Source: an uncultured Pelagibacteraceae bacterium (GTDB lineage: Bacteria; Pseudomonadota; Alphaproteobacteria; Pelagibacterales; Pelagibacteraceae). Taken from it: 64,000 nucleotides of DNA. The stretch covers positions 11,847 to 75,846 of the forward strand of contig CACNFA010000002.1 in assembly GCA_902619675.1 (NCBI GenBank), given 5' to 3'. This document shows positions 32,904-43,328 of this stretch, piece after piece. The notes beneath the pieces were generated by a model, which made no database searches, was not told the DNA's origin, and saw only the letters and a program-made list of their open reading frames with translations. Position 1 is the stretch's first letter, and the number at the start of each line of letters is the position of its first letter. Made by a program: the position numbers and the translations under genes.

Positions 32904-34738
32904 TTAATAGTTTAGAGTTAGGAAAAAAAGTAATTAAAGAAAAAATACCGTTAATACCGAAAAACCCTGGTGTCTACAAAATGATTAGTTCCACTGGTGA
33001 AATTCTTTATATTGGAAAAGCTAAAAATATACCTAATAGACTTAAAAGTTATGTCACTGAGTCAAACCTTCCTATTAGAACTGAAAGAATGCTTTCACTT
33101 ACACATAACCTTGAAACTACTACTACAAATAATGAAAGCGAGGCTCTTCTTTTAGAAGCTAATTTAATAAAAAAACATAAACCTCGTTACAACATCCTTT
33201 TGCGAGATGACAAATCTTTTCCTTATATTTATATTGGTAATAAAGATAAGTGGCCACAACTTACAAAATTAAGAGGAAAAAAATCAAAAACTGGATATTA
33301 TTTTGGTCCTTTTGCATCAATTGGATCTGCTAATTGGACAATAAAAATTTTACAAAAAATTTTTCTTTTAAGAGTCTGTGATGACACTGTTTTTAAAAAT
33401 AGAGAAAGACCATGTATCCTGTATCAAATTAAAAGATGCTCAGCTCCATGTGTAGGCCATATAAATCAAAAAGACTACGAGTCTACCGTGACTGATGCTA
33501 TTGATTTTATTTCTGGAAAATCTAGAAGAATTCAAAAAAATTTATCCAAAGAAATGGAACAAGCTAGTAAAGAATTGGATTACGAAAAAGCTGCAGTAGC
33601 TAGGGACAGAATAAAAGCACTTACACAAATACAAACCTCTCAAAAAATAAATCAGACAAATTTAACAGAAGCCGATGTTATTAGTATTTATAAAGAAACA
33701 GGAAAAACATGCGTTCAAGTATTTTTTTTCAGGTCAAAACAAAACTGGGGTAATCAGGCTTTCTATCCAAAACACGATCCGGATGACAGTATAGAGGATA
33801 TAATAAGCTCTTTTATATCTCAATTTTATGAGAACAAAACTATTCCAAGGCTAATATTGACCAACTGCGAAGTCAAAGATAAAAAACTAATTGAAAAAAC
33901 ATTTTCTGAAAAAGATAAAAAAAATATCATTATTAAGCTAGCAAAAAGTAAAAACGAGATAAGTATTTCAAGTCTTGCAGAAAAAAATGCAAAGCAATCT
34001 TTAAAGCAAAAGCTTATTCAATCTGATAAGAATAATAATCTTATCGAGGAATTGGCGTCTAAGTTTAAAATTAATAACAATATTGATTTGATTGAAGTAT
34101 ACGATAATAGCCATATTCAGGGAACTGACTCGGTTGGATCGTTAATTTGTTTTGGCAATGAAGGTTTTGTAAAGAAAAGATACAGGAAGTTTAATATTAA
34201 AAATGAGAAAGTAAAAAATGATGATTATGGAATGATGAAAGAAGTTCTATTTAGACGATTTTCAAAAGCAATCAAGGAAAAGTCTGGTTCTTTGTCTTTA
34301 CCAGATTTAATAATGATAGACGGTGGAAAAGGACAATACTCTGTATCCAGAGAGGTGCTCAATGAGTTAGGATTACATGATTTGCCAATTATAGCGGTAG
34401 CTAAGGGGAAAAAAAGAAATGCTGGAGAGGAAAAAATCTATTATGAGAGTAAAGAGTATCTTTTAGAAAAAAATGATCCACTATTATTTTTTATTCAAAG
34501 ACTAAGAGATGAGGCTCATAGATTTGCCATAAGCACTCACAGAGCTAAAAGAAAGAAAAACCTTAGCAAATCTTTATTAGATCAAATTCAAGGGATTGGA
34601 AAACAAAGGAAAAGAGCTTTATTAAATCATTTTGGGTCCGCTCGTGCCGTTGAGTCTGCAAGCTTTGATGATTTAAAATCAGTGGAAGGAATAGAAGACA
34701 ATATTGCAAAGAAAATATATGATTATTTCCACGAATAA
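32900..34738 (+). CDS. uvrC: Excinuclease ABC subunit C
   Basis: [30 protein letters not shown] and HhH motifs. Confidence 0.98.
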   Translation: MINSLELGKKVIKEKIPLIPKNPGVYKMISSTGEILYIGKAKNIPNRLKSYVTESNLPIRTERMLSLTHNLETTTTNNESEALLLEANLIKKHKPRYNILLRDDKSFPYIYIGNKDKWPQLTKLRGKKSKTGYYFGPFASIGSANWTIKILQKIFLLRVCDDTVFKNRERPCILYQIKRCSAPCVGHINQKDYESTVTDAIDFISGKSRRIQKNLSKEMEQASKELDYEKAAVARDRIKALTQIQTSQKINQTNLTEADVISIYKETGKTCVQVFFFRSKQNWGNQAFYPKHDPDDSIEDIISSFISQFYENKTIPRLILTNCEVKDKKLIEKTFSEKDKKNIIIKLAKSKNEISISSLAEKNAKQSLKQKLIQSDKNNNLIEELASKFKINNNIDLIEVYDNSHIQGTDSVGSLICFGNEGFVKKRYRKFNIKNEKVKNDDYGMMKEVLFRRFSKAIKEKSGSLSLPDLIMIDGGKGQYSVSREVLNELGLHDLPIIAVAKGKKRNAGEEKIYYESKEYLLEKNDPLLFFIQRLRDEAHRFAISTHRAKRKKNLSKSLLDQIQGIGKQRKRALLNHFGSARAVESASFDDLKSVEGIEDNIAKKIYDYFHE

Positions 34739-35323
34739 ATGAAATTAAAAATACCGAATATATTAACTATTGGTAGAATAATTATTGTTCCAGTATTTGT
34801 TATTACTTTTTTTATACCAGGTTTCTTTGGAGATTTAATTCCATTTTTCTTATTTGTTCTTGCAAGTTTTACAGATTATTTAGATGGTTTACTGGCAAGA
34901 TTGTTTAAAGAAGAGTCAAAGCTTGGTGAACTTCTTGATCCCATAGCAGATAAAATTTTAGTTGCAGCTGCTTTGATATTACTTGTAATGAATGGAACTA
35001 TCAAAAATTATGAAGTAATTGCTGCTATTATAATATTGACAAGAGAAATACTAGTTTCTGGTCTAAGAGAGTTTTTGGCAAAAGGAAAAATTGATATGCA
35101 GGTTACAGGTTTGGCAAAATTAAAAACATTTATACAGATGACTTCGATTGCAATCTTGCTTACTGGTGATAGTGGAAATAAGATTTTAAATTTTCAAGAT
35201 TATAATGCTCAAACCGTAGGTATTATTCTTCTATGGCTATCAGCATTTTTGACACTTTATACAGGATATGATTACCTTAGAAAAGGAATAGATCATGCAA
35301 TAAACGAGGATACTAAGAATTAA
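34739..35323 (+). CDS. pgsA: Phosphatidylglycerophosphate synthase
   Basis: PNILT and the CDP-alcohol transferase motif TDYLDGLLAR...GELLDPIADK. Confidence 0.95.
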   Translation: MKLKIPNILTIGRIIIVPVFVITFFIPGFFGDLIPFFLFVLASFTDYLDGLLARLFKEESKLGELLDPIADKILVAAALILLVMNGTIKNYEVIAAIIILTREILVSGLREFLAKGKIDMQVTGLAKLKTFIQMTSIAILLTGDSGNKILNFQDYNAQTVGIILLWLSAFLTLYTGYDYLRKGIDHAINEDTKN

Positions 35324-35324
35324 A

Positions 35325-36068
35325 ATGCAATTATCTGATAAAAATTTAAGAGAAAAAAAATTTCATAACGAGCTACAATCAAAAACGAAAGGAAGATTTG
35401 AAAATATATTCTATAAAGCTTTATTTAATTTAAGTGAGGATTTTTTTGATAAATTGAAATTTTTTTCGAAAAACGCCGAAATTTTAGATTACGGATGTGG
35501 AGCGGGTGGTTCTTTAAAAAAAGTTTTAAATTTTAATCCTAAAAAAGTGACCGGAATAGATATTTCTGAAGTATCGATCATAAAAGCAAAAAATTCTATC
35601 AAAGACTTTAACATTGATGTAGATTTAAATGTAGACGATTGTGAAAAAACTAAATTTGAGGATAATAAATTTGATTTAGTTTATGGCTCAGGAATTTTGC
35701 ACCATCTTCAATTTTCGAAATGCTTAAATGAGATTTCAAGAGTATTGCGACCTGGAGGTAAATTATTGTTTATAGAACCTCTTGGTACTAATCCCATAAT
35801 TAATTTTTATAGATTTCTAACTCCAAATTCTAGGACTAAAGATGAGCATCCATTAGTCAAAAAAGATTTTGAAGAAATAGAAAAAAAATTTATAAATACT
35901 GAAGTGAAATACTATGGTTTTTTAACTCTTGTTTTTTTTCCATTTTATAGAAAGCCAAGTAAATCAAAGTTTTTTAATTTTTTGACATATGCTGATCAAT
36001 TTTTATTTAAGTCAGGTATTTTTAAAAAAATGGCTTGGTCTGTATTAATCGTAGCGGAAAAAAGCTAA
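35325..36068 (+). CDS. Class I SAM-dependent methyltransferase, unknown substrate
   Basis: LDYGCGAG, GIDIS, FDLV, LHHL and RVLRPGG motifs. Confidence 0.85.
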   Translation: MQLSDKNLREKKFHNELQSKTKGRFENIFYKALFNLSEDFFDKLKFFSKNAEILDYGCGAGGSLKKVLNFNPKKVTGIDISEVSIIKAKNSIKDFNIDVDLNVDDCEKTKFEDNKFDLVYGSGILHHLQFSKCLNEISRVLRPGGKLLFIEPLGTNPIINFYRFLTPNSRTKDEHPLVKKDFEEIEKKFINTEVKYYGFLTLVFFPFYRKPSKSKFFNFLTYADQFLFKSGIFKKMAWSVLIVAEKS

Positions 36069-36952
36069 GCTGCTGAAACTTTTCTTACTAGTTTTTGATA
36101 AGAGTCCGATAAACCGCTTATAATGTCACAAACATTAAAACTAAACTCTCCTATTTGTGAAACAGGAGTAATTTCAGCAGCAGTTCCAGTTAAAAAACAT
36201 CCAACAAAATCATTCATCTCTTCAGGTTTAATTTTTCTTTCTACAACATCTATGCCTTTAGATCTTGCAATTTTGATTACTTCTCTTCTAGTTATACCAT
36301 CTAAGAATGAGTCTGGAATTGGTGTATGTAAATTATTATTTTTATCTTTAAAGAAAATGTTTGCGCCAGTTGCCTCTGCAATATTTCCATCATGATCAAG
36401 CATCAAAGAGTCGGTAAAACCTTTAGCTTCAGCTTCATGTTTTGATAAAGTGCAAATCATATATAGTCCAGCTGCTTTAGTATCCCAAGGTATAGTATTG
36501 GGTGCAGGTCTGCGCCAATTAGAAATATTAAGTTTAATACCTTTAAGTTTTAACTTAGGATCAAAGTATGATCCCCACTCCCAAGTTGCAACTGCAACAT
36601 GAATTTTATTTTTTTGTGCTGAAATCGCCATCATTTCACTGCCTCGCCAAATTAAAGGTCTTACATATCCATTTTTAACTTTTTGAATATTAACTATTTT
36701 ATTACAAGCATTATTAATTTCGTCCCTTGTATAGGGAACATCAATGCCCATTCTTTTTGCTGAGTGAAATAATCTTTCGGTATGCTCCTCTAACCTAAAA
36801 ATTTCTCCATCATAAACTCTCTCTCCTTCAAAAACACAACTAGCGTAGTGCAAACCATGATTTAAAATGTGAATATTTGCATCTGCCCAATCTACGGTTT
36901 TGCCATTGAACCATATTTTTCCTTTTCTTTTGTCGTAGGGAACGCTTTCCAT
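36065..36952 (-). CDS. ilvE: Branched-chain amino acid aminotransferase
   Basis: LHYASCVFEG, EATGANIF, LDGITR and TGTAAE motifs. Confidence 0.95.
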   Translation of the reverse strand: MESVPYDKRKGKIWFNGKTVDWADANIHILNHGLHYASCVFEGERVYDGEIFRLEEHTERLFHSAKRMGIDVPYTRDEINNACNKIVNIQKVKNGYVRPLIWRGSEMMAISAQKNKIHVAVATWEWGSYFDPKLKLKGIKLNISNWRRPAPNTIPWDTKAAGLYMICTLSKHEAEAKGFTDSLMLDHDGNIAEATGANIFFKDKNNNLHTPIPDSFLDGITRREVIKIARSKGIDVVERKIKPEEMNDFVGCFLTGTAAEITPVSQIGEFSFNVCDIISGLSDSYQKLVRKVSAA

Positions 36953-37027
36953 TTTTGTAAATATATAGATTTTTAACTTTTAAAAAAGTATATTCCTTAA
37001 TAAGATAAGTCAATATAACTTACCATT

Positions 37028-37468
37028 ATGAAAGAGCTCCTTTATCTTAAAGACGATCAAATCAAAGAATTTATTCAACTTCTATATTATGCTTATAGGG
37101 AAACATTTTCTGATCCTAGAGAAATTCTATCTAAAAAGTTTTTTGGGACTGCGCATTTAAGAGCTTTAAATCTCATAGAAAGCAACCCAGGTATTAATTT
37201 GGGAGAATTAATTTTTAAGCTAAAAATAACTAAACAAAGTTTGAATAGAGTATTGCGTGATTTGATAAGATCAAAAATGATAAAACAAATACAGGATGAA
37301 AATGATACTCGAAAAAAAAATCTTTATTTAGATAAAGAGGGAAAAGTATTTTTTGAGCAAGTTTATAACACCCAAAAAAAAAGAATATTTAATGCTTTAA
37401 AAAATTCAAGCTCAGACTCCGTAATTAAATTTAAAAATGTTCTTAAAAAAATAATAGATGGAAAATAA
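37028..37468 (+). CDS. MarR family regulator (PetP-like)
   Basis: YYAYR, AHLRAL, KITKQSLNRVL and DTRK wHTH motifs; precedes an OmpR-like gene. Confidence 0.85.
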   Translation: MKELLYLKDDQIKEFIQLLYYAYRETFSDPREILSKKFFGTAHLRALNLIESNPGINLGELIFKLKITKQSLNRVLRDLIRSKMIKQIQDENDTRKKNLYLDKEGKVFFEQVYNTQKKRIFNALKNSSSDSVIKFKNVLKKIIDGK

Positions 37469-38135
37469 TAGATTACATATTTTAGTCGTTGATGATGATG
37501 ATAGAATAAGGTCTTTATTAAAAGATTATTTATCAGAAAATCAATATATTGTTTCTACTGCAGAAAATGCAGAAGAAGCAAAATTAAAATTAAAATATAT
37601 AAAATTTGATACAATCATTTTAGATGTTATGATGCCGGGTCAAAATGGCTATGAATTGACTCAAGAAATTAAAAAAAAGCTTAACATTCCAATTATTCTT
37701 CTTACAGCCAAAGGTGAGGTTGAAAATAGAATAAAGGGTTTAGAATTAGGAGCTGATGATTACATAGGAAAACCTTTTGAGCCAAAAGAATTGCTACTAA
37801 GAATTAAAAATATTATTAAAAACAAAAGTAAAATTGATTTAAATACTAAACACTTTGTTGGTTTAGCAGAAATAGATTTAAATAAGATGAATGTTAATTT
37901 AAAAACAAAAATAAAAAAAATTAATTCCACAGAAAAAAAAGTGCTTATAGAAATGCTAGCTAATCCTGGAAAGACATTTTCAAGAGACGAAATGAGTAAA
38001 ATTTCTGGTATAACTCAAGAAAGGTCGGTAGATGTTATGATTACAAGACTAAGACAAAAACTTGAAGAAAATCCAAAAAATCCAAAATATTTACAAACAA
38101 TTAGAGGGTCTGGTTATGTTCTCTGGATTGAATAG
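37458..38135 (+). CDS. ompR: OmpR family response regulator (PetR-like)
   Basis: VVDDD, LDVMMPG, GADDYIGKPF and a wHTH with RSVDVMITRLRQK. Confidence 0.9.
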   Translation: MENNRLHILVVDDDDRIRSLLKDYLSENQYIVSTAENAEEAKLKLKYIKFDTIILDVMMPGQNGYELTQEIKKKLNIPIILLTAKGEVENRIKGLELGADDYIGKPFEPKELLLRIKNIIKNKSKIDLNTKHFVGLAEIDLNKMNVNLKTKIKKINSTEKKVLIEMLANPGKTFSRDEMSKISGITQERSVDVMITRLRQKLEENPKNPKYLQTIRGSGYVLWIE

Positions 38136-39432
38136 ATTTTTAAAAATTATTTTACCTAAGAGACTTTTTTATAGAGCGTTAATAATCGTTGCGACACCAA
38201 CAATTCTATTACAACTTATTGTTACAATAGTTTTTTATGACAGCATTTGGATCAAAACCAATAAAAATGTTACACGGTCTTTAGTAGCTCAATTAAAAGC
38301 TGTTCAAGACGTATATCAAAATGATAAAAAAAATTTAGATTTTTTAACTGATAGTTATAAAAATAATTTTAATTTTGAGATAGGAATTTCACAGGAACTT
38401 TTTCCAAACTCAACTGGAGAAAGAAGATTTAGTCCAATGGACAGATCTTTAAGAAGGGAACTAAAATCTACCTTTGGAAATAATAATTATTGGTTTAGTA
38501 CCTCCAAATTTAAAAATGCTGTTGAGGTTAAAATAAAGTCAGATGATGAGATTATTGAATTTTTAGTTCCTAAAGAGATGGTTGCTACTTCATCTGTGAG
38601 ATTGTTTGTTTTATGGACTACGTTACCATCATTGCTTTTAATTATAGTTGCGCTCATCTTTTTAAAAAATCAAACAAGACCTTTAGTGAGATTAGCTAAA
38701 GCAGCTGAAAGATTTGGAAAAGGTGATTATGTAAATGATTTTAGGCCTTCAGGTGCACAAGAAATTAGAAAAGCTGCATATGAGTTTGACAGAATGGCAA
38801 AAAGGATAAATCGCCATCTTAATCAAAGATCGGAAATGTTATCAGGTATAAGCCATGATTTAAGAACTCCACTAACTCGATTAAAGCTTCAGCTGGCAAT
38901 GTTGGAACAAAAGGATCTATCTTCTAAAATGTCCAAAGATATAGATGAAATGGAAAAAATGCTCAATGATTATCTTCAATTCGCAAAGACCCAATCTCTA
39001 GAAAAGTCCTCAAACATAAATTTAAAGAGATTACTCAATGAATTAGAAAACAGTATTAATAATGAAAATTTGAAAATAAATTGTAAAGATAATATAAATT
39101 TCAAAGCAAGACCACTGGCATTAAAGAGGTCATTTGAAAATGTTATTCAAAATGGATTGTCTTATGGAAAAAACGTATTTGTTGAAACATTTACGAGTAG
39201 TAATCGGGTTATTATATTAATTGAAGATGATGGTCCAGGAATTCCGGAAGATCAATACAAAAATGTTTTCAAACCTTTTTTTAGGCTTGATAAAAGCAGA
39301 AGTCTCAACCAATCTGGAGTGGGTTTAGGGCTTGCAATTGTTGAGGACGTAATCAATTCCCATGGTGGAAATATAATTTTAGGGAAAAGTAGGTTTAACG
39401 GTTTACTTGTTAAGATTTCTTTACCTTCTTAA
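38116..39432 (+). CDS. envZ: EnvZ-like sensor histidine kinase
   Basis: Two TMs, HAMP, SHDLRTPL, DDGPG and GVGLGL. Start taken as the ATG at 38116. Confidence 0.9.
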   Translation: MFSGLNRFLKIILPKRLFYRALIIVATPTILLQLIVTIVFYDSIWIKTNKNVTRSLVAQLKAVQDVYQNDKKNLDFLTDSYKNNFNFEIGISQELFPNSTGERRFSPMDRSLRRELKSTFGNNNYWFSTSKFKNAVEVKIKSDDEIIEFLVPKEMVATSSVRLFVLWTTLPSLLLIIVALIFLKNQTRPLVRLAKAAERFGKGDYVNDFRPSGAQEIRKAAYEFDRMAKRINRHLNQRSEMLSGISHDLRTPLTRLKLQLAMLEQKDLSSKMSKDIDEMEKMLNDYLQFAKTQSLEKSSNINLKRLLNELENSINNENLKINCKDNINFKARPLALKRSFENVIQNGLSYGKNVFVETFTSSNRVIILIEDDGPGIPEDQYKNVFKPFFRLDKSRSLNQSGVGLGLAIVEDVINSHGGNIILGKSRFNGLLVKISLPS

Positions 39433-39655
39433 ATCTTTGTTTTTTCTCTAATTTTTTAATTTTAAGATCTTGTTTTTGAATGATTTTTTTTAAAACTTCA
39501 AACTCCTCTCTTGAAACTAGATTAAGTTTATTAAATATTTTATCTTTTTTAAATTTTAGATCATTGGATAATTCTTCTTTAATATCTTTTGAAGTCAAAA
39601 CTCCATTTTCAATTAGCTCAGAAATTGTTTTTAAAAATTTTTCAGAATTATTCAT
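39410..39655 (-). CDS. ubiK: UbiK/BMFP family accessory factor
   Basis: KLNLVSREEFE motif followed by a coiled coil; divergent from lgt as in other alphaproteobacteria. Confidence 0.8.
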   Translation of the reverse strand: MNNSEKFLKTISELIENGVLTSKDIKEELSNDLKFKKDKIFNKLNLVSREEFEVLKKIIQKQDLKIKKLEKKQRFKKVKKS

Positions 39656-39706
39656 ATCTTATCTTATTTGATAGGCATGTTAATTTCAAATGTGATATAA
39701 GATAAC

Positions 39707-40495
39707 ATGTTTATCCATAATTTTGATCCGGTACTATTCGATTTTGGTTTTATTGAAATTAGGTGGTATTCGTTGGCTTATATATTTGGAATTCTGATAG
39801 GCTGGTGGTACGGAAAAAAAATAATAAATTGGCGCTTTCAAAGGGTTGGAAGAACTTTCAACCTTAAAGATTTTGATGATTTGATCGCCTACTTAATCAT
39901 TTCAATTATTGTTGGTGGCAGGCTTGGCTATGTATTTTTTTATAATCTTAAATTTTATATTTTAAATCCTATAGATATTTTTAAAGTTTGGGAAGGCGGT
40001 ATGTCATTCCATGGCGCTTTAATAGGAATAATATTCGCGACTTATATTTTTTCAAAAAAAAGAGGGCTACAAACATTTTTTCTTCTAGATATAATTGCTT
40101 GCGTAGCCCCTTTAGGAATCTTTTTTGGGAGAATTGCAAATTTTATAAACGGTGAGCTTGTAGGAAAAGTAAGTACAGTATCTTGGGGAGTAATTTTTCC
40201 AAGTTTAGATATGCAGCCGCGACACCCTTCTCAATTATATGAGGCGTGTTTAGAAGGATTGTTGTTATTTTTAGTTTTAAATTTTTTAATTTTTAAAAAA
40301 GATTACTCATCTGGCCAATGTTCATCACTATTTTTAATTTTTTATGGTATCTTTAGGATTTTTTCAGAGTTATTTAGAGAGCCTGACCCTCAAGTAGGTT
40401 ATTTGTTGAATTATTTTAGTATGGGAACATTATTAAGTTTTTTTATGATTGTTGCAGGCTTTATAATTTATAATTTTAAAAAAAATGAAATCTAA
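39707..40495 (+). CDS. lgt: Prolipoprotein diacylglyceryl transferase
   Basis: IRWYSLAY, GGRLGY, GGMSFHG, GRIANFINGE and RHPSQLYE motifs. Confidence 0.97.
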   Translation: MFIHNFDPVLFDFGFIEIRWYSLAYIFGILIGWWYGKKIINWRFQRVGRTFNLKDFDDLIAYLIISIIVGGRLGYVFFYNLKFYILNPIDIFKVWEGGMSFHGALIGIIFATYIFSKKRGLQTFFLLDIIACVAPLGIFFGRIANFINGELVGKVSTVSWGVIFPSLDMQPRHPSQLYEACLEGLLLFLVLNFLIFKKDYSSGQCSSLFLIFYGIFRIFSELFREPDPQVGYLLNYFSMGTLLSFFMIVAGFIIYNFKKNEI

Positions 40496-41549
40496 TTTAA
40501 AGTTTTTTAAAGATGCAAAGTCTCTCTCTGTTGATCAATTTTTAGAGAAAGTTTTGTACAAAAAAGATAAAGGTTACTACAATTCTAAATTTCCTTTTGG
40601 TTACAAAGGTGATTTCGTTACTGCTCCAAACATTTCAAATTTATTTTCGGAAATGATTGCTGTTTGGATGATTTCTACATGGGAAATTATTGGAAAGCCA
40701 AAAAAATTTAACATAATTGAACTCGGCCCAGGCGATGGTAGTTTGGTAGAAGTTCTTTTGAAAGTTTTTAAGAAGTTTAAACAATTTAATTCGTCTAAAA
40801 AAATATACCTTTTTGAAAAAAGTGAATTTTTAAAAAAAATACAAAAAAAAAATATTAATAACAACGAAGTAACATGGATTGATAACTTTAATAAAATTAA
40901 AAGCGGACCCGTTATCTTTTTTGGAAATGAATTTTTTGACGCGATTCCAATAAAACAATTTAAACGGGATAAAAAATATTTATTTGAAAAATATTTTGTA
41001 TTACAAAAATGTAACAAGATTAAGGAGATATATAGAAAAACTTCAAATAAAAATACCAAAATTATTAATTCCTATAAAACTTTAGATAAAATTAAATTTA
41101 TTGAATTTCCTCAAATTGGTTTAAATTATTTAGATGAAATTGCAAAAAAAATTTCTAATTTGGGCGGGTGCATTTTGATGATTGATTATGGATACTTAAA
41201 GCCAAATAATCAAAACACTCTTCAATCAGTCATAAAACATAAAAAAAATTATATTTTTGACAATCTGGGTAAAGCTGATATTTCTTCACTTGTTAATTTT
41301 CCTTTGATTAAGGAATTTTTTCTTAAAAAGGATTTACAGGTAAAAGGCGTAATTTCACAAAAAGAGTTTTTAAAAAATATGGGAATTGAAGAAAGAGCTG
41401 AAATCATTTCCAAGAATATGAAGTTTAGAGAAAAATCAAACCTTTATTTGAGACTTAAGCGACTGATTAGCCCAAAATTAATGGGTGATTTATTTAAGGT
41501 AATTTTAGCCTATAATTTTAAATCAGATAAATACTTTGGATTTAAATAA
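40485..41549 (+). CDS. MidA/NDUFAF7 family SAM-dependent methyltransferase
   Basis: GDFVTAP, IELGPGDG, NEFFDAIP, IDYGY and MGDLFKV motifs. Confidence 0.88.
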   Translation: MKSNLKFFKDAKSLSVDQFLEKVLYKKDKGYYNSKFPFGYKGDFVTAPNISNLFSEMIAVWMISTWEIIGKPKKFNIIELGPGDGSLVEVLLKVFKKFKQFNSSKKIYLFEKSEFLKKIQKKNINNNEVTWIDNFNKIKSGPVIFFGNEFFDAIPIKQFKRDKKYLFEKYFVLQKCNKIKEIYRKTSNKNTKIINSYKTLDKIKFIEFPQIGLNYLDEIAKKISNLGGCILMIDYGYLKPNNQNTLQSVIKHKKNYIFDNLGKADISSLVNFPLIKEFFLKKDLQVKGVISQKEFLKNMGIEERAEIISKNMKFREKSNLYLRLKRLISPKLMGDLFKVILAYNFKSDKYFGFK

Positions 41550-42301
41550 TGTTTTTCTCAAAAAAATTCAAATCTTTTAAAACAATTAGACATTGTTTTT
41601 TCTCACGAAAAGGAGGTTTTTCAAAAGGTTTGTATAAAGGATTAAACTGCGGAAAAGGCTCAAATGATAACAAGAAACACATTATTAAAAATCTAAGTTT
41701 AGTCGTAAATAAAATGCAAGTTAATTTAAATAATTTAATACTTATGCATCAAACACATAGTAATAAGGTTCTAGAGGTTAATAAAGATAATTTAAAAAAA
41801 AAAATAATTGCTGATGCGGTTATAACAAAAGAAAAAGGGATACTGTTAGGTGTGGTGACAGCAGATTGTGTTCCAATATTGGTTTTCGATCGAAAAAATG
41901 GTGTCATAGGATGCATCCATGCAGGCTGGAAAGGTGCTTTTTCTGGAATATTGGAAAACACTATTAATAAAATAAAAAAACTTAATTTTAAAAGCAATAT
42001 TTATGCAAGTATTGGACCGTGTATTGGTAAAAGAAGTTATGAGGTAGATATTGATTTTTATAAAAAATTTGTATCTAGATCCAAAAAAAATAAAAAATTT
42101 TTTTCGCAAAAAAGTAAATTAAAAAAATTCTTTGATTTGAGAAAATATGTGACTAGTAAATTACTAGACCTTGGAGTAAAAATAGATCAAGTGAATCACG
42201 ATACTTTTAAAGAAAAAAATTACTTTTTTAGCTTCAGAAGATCTACTATTCTAAATCAAAGCGATTATGGAAGGTGTATATCTGTAATTAGATTAGTATA
42301 A
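41549..42301 (+). CDS. pgeF: YfiH/PgeF peptidoglycan editing factor
   Basis: QTHS, ADAV, TADCVP, HAGWKG, GPCI and FSFRR motifs. Confidence 0.92.
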   Translation: MFFSKKFKSFKTIRHCFFSRKGGFSKGLYKGLNCGKGSNDNKKHIIKNLSLVVNKMQVNLNNLILMHQTHSNKVLEVNKDNLKKKIIADAVITKEKGILLGVVTADCVPILVFDRKNGVIGCIHAGWKGAFSGILENTINKIKKLNFKSNIYASIGPCIGKRSYEVDIDFYKKFVSRSKKNKKFFSQKSKLKKFFDLRKYVTSKLLDLGVKIDQVNHDTFKEKNYFFSFRRSTILNQSDYGRCISVIRLV

Positions 42302-42347
42302 AAAAATTGAAAACGTCACAAAATAATTGTATAAATAGATACTTTTC

Positions 42348-43280
42348 ATGAAAATTTTATCTGGAACTAGCAATCTCAAGCTTAGCAAGGATATCTCTAA
42401 GAATCTTAAACTAAAATTAATAAATACTAACATAAGAAGATTTGCAGATGGAGAAATTTATATTGAGATCAATGAGAATATTAGAGGCAATAGTGTATTT
42501 GTAATACAGTCTACATCTAACCCTGCCAATGATAATATAATGGAACTATTGTTAGTAATTGATGCGTTAAGAAGATCTTCAGCTAAAACTGTTACAGCCG
42601 TAATACCTTATTTCGGTTATGCAAGACAAGATAGAAAGGTGGCTCCGAGAACATCAATTTCTGCAAAAGTTGTAGCAAACCTAATTTCAAATGCTGGTGC
42701 GACAAGAGTTGTTACCGTAGATCTTCACGCAGGACAAATCCAAGGTTTTTTTGACATGCCAGTCGACAATCTTTATACAGCCCCATTATTTTCAAAATAT
42801 ATAAAAAAAAAACTAGGTTCGAAAAAATTAATTTGTGTTTCTCCAGATGTTGGTGGAGTTGCAAGAACTCGTGCGTTAGCAACTCGTATAAAAGCTGATT
42901 TAGCTATAATCGACAAAAGAAGACCGGCGCCAGGTAAATCAGAAGTTATGAATATTATTGGAGATGTTAAAAATAAAACTTGTATCATCGTAGACGATAT
43001 AATCGATAGCGGAGGAACTATCGTTAATGCTGTTGATGCACTCAAAAAAAGTGGGGCAAATGAGGTTTATGTTTTTATTACACACGCAGTTTTAAGTGGT
43101 GATGCTGTAAAAAAAATTAAAAATTCAAAAATTAAAAAATTAATTATTACAGACACAATTGATAATGCTCAAAAGATTAAAAATAATAATAAAATTGAGG
43201 TGTTATCTATTGCCTCACTGATGTCAGAAGCAATAAAAAGAATAGCAAATTCTAATTCAGTGTCAGATTTATTTAATTAA
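42348..43280 (+). CDS. prs: Ribose-phosphate pyrophosphokinase
   Basis: FADGE, YARQDRK, DLHAGQIQGFF and VDDIIDSGGT motifs. Confidence 0.98.
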   Translation: MKILSGTSNLKLSKDISKNLKLKLINTNIRRFADGEIYIEINENIRGNSVFVIQSTSNPANDNIMELLLVIDALRRSSAKTVTAVIPYFGYARQDRKVAPRTSISAKVVANLISNAGATRVVTVDLHAGQIQGFFDMPVDNLYTAPLFSKYIKKKLGSKKLICVSPDVGGVARTRALATRIKADLAIIDKRRPAPGKSEVMNIIGDVKNKTCIIVDDIIDSGGTIVNAVDALKKSGANEVYVFITHAVLSGDAVKKIKNSKIKKLIITDTIDNAQKIKNNNKIEVLSIASLMSEAIKRIANSNSVSDLFN

Positions 43281-43328
43281 TACTTGTTTTAGCAGAAATC
43301 TTGAGTTATATACCTTTTCAATAAAATT

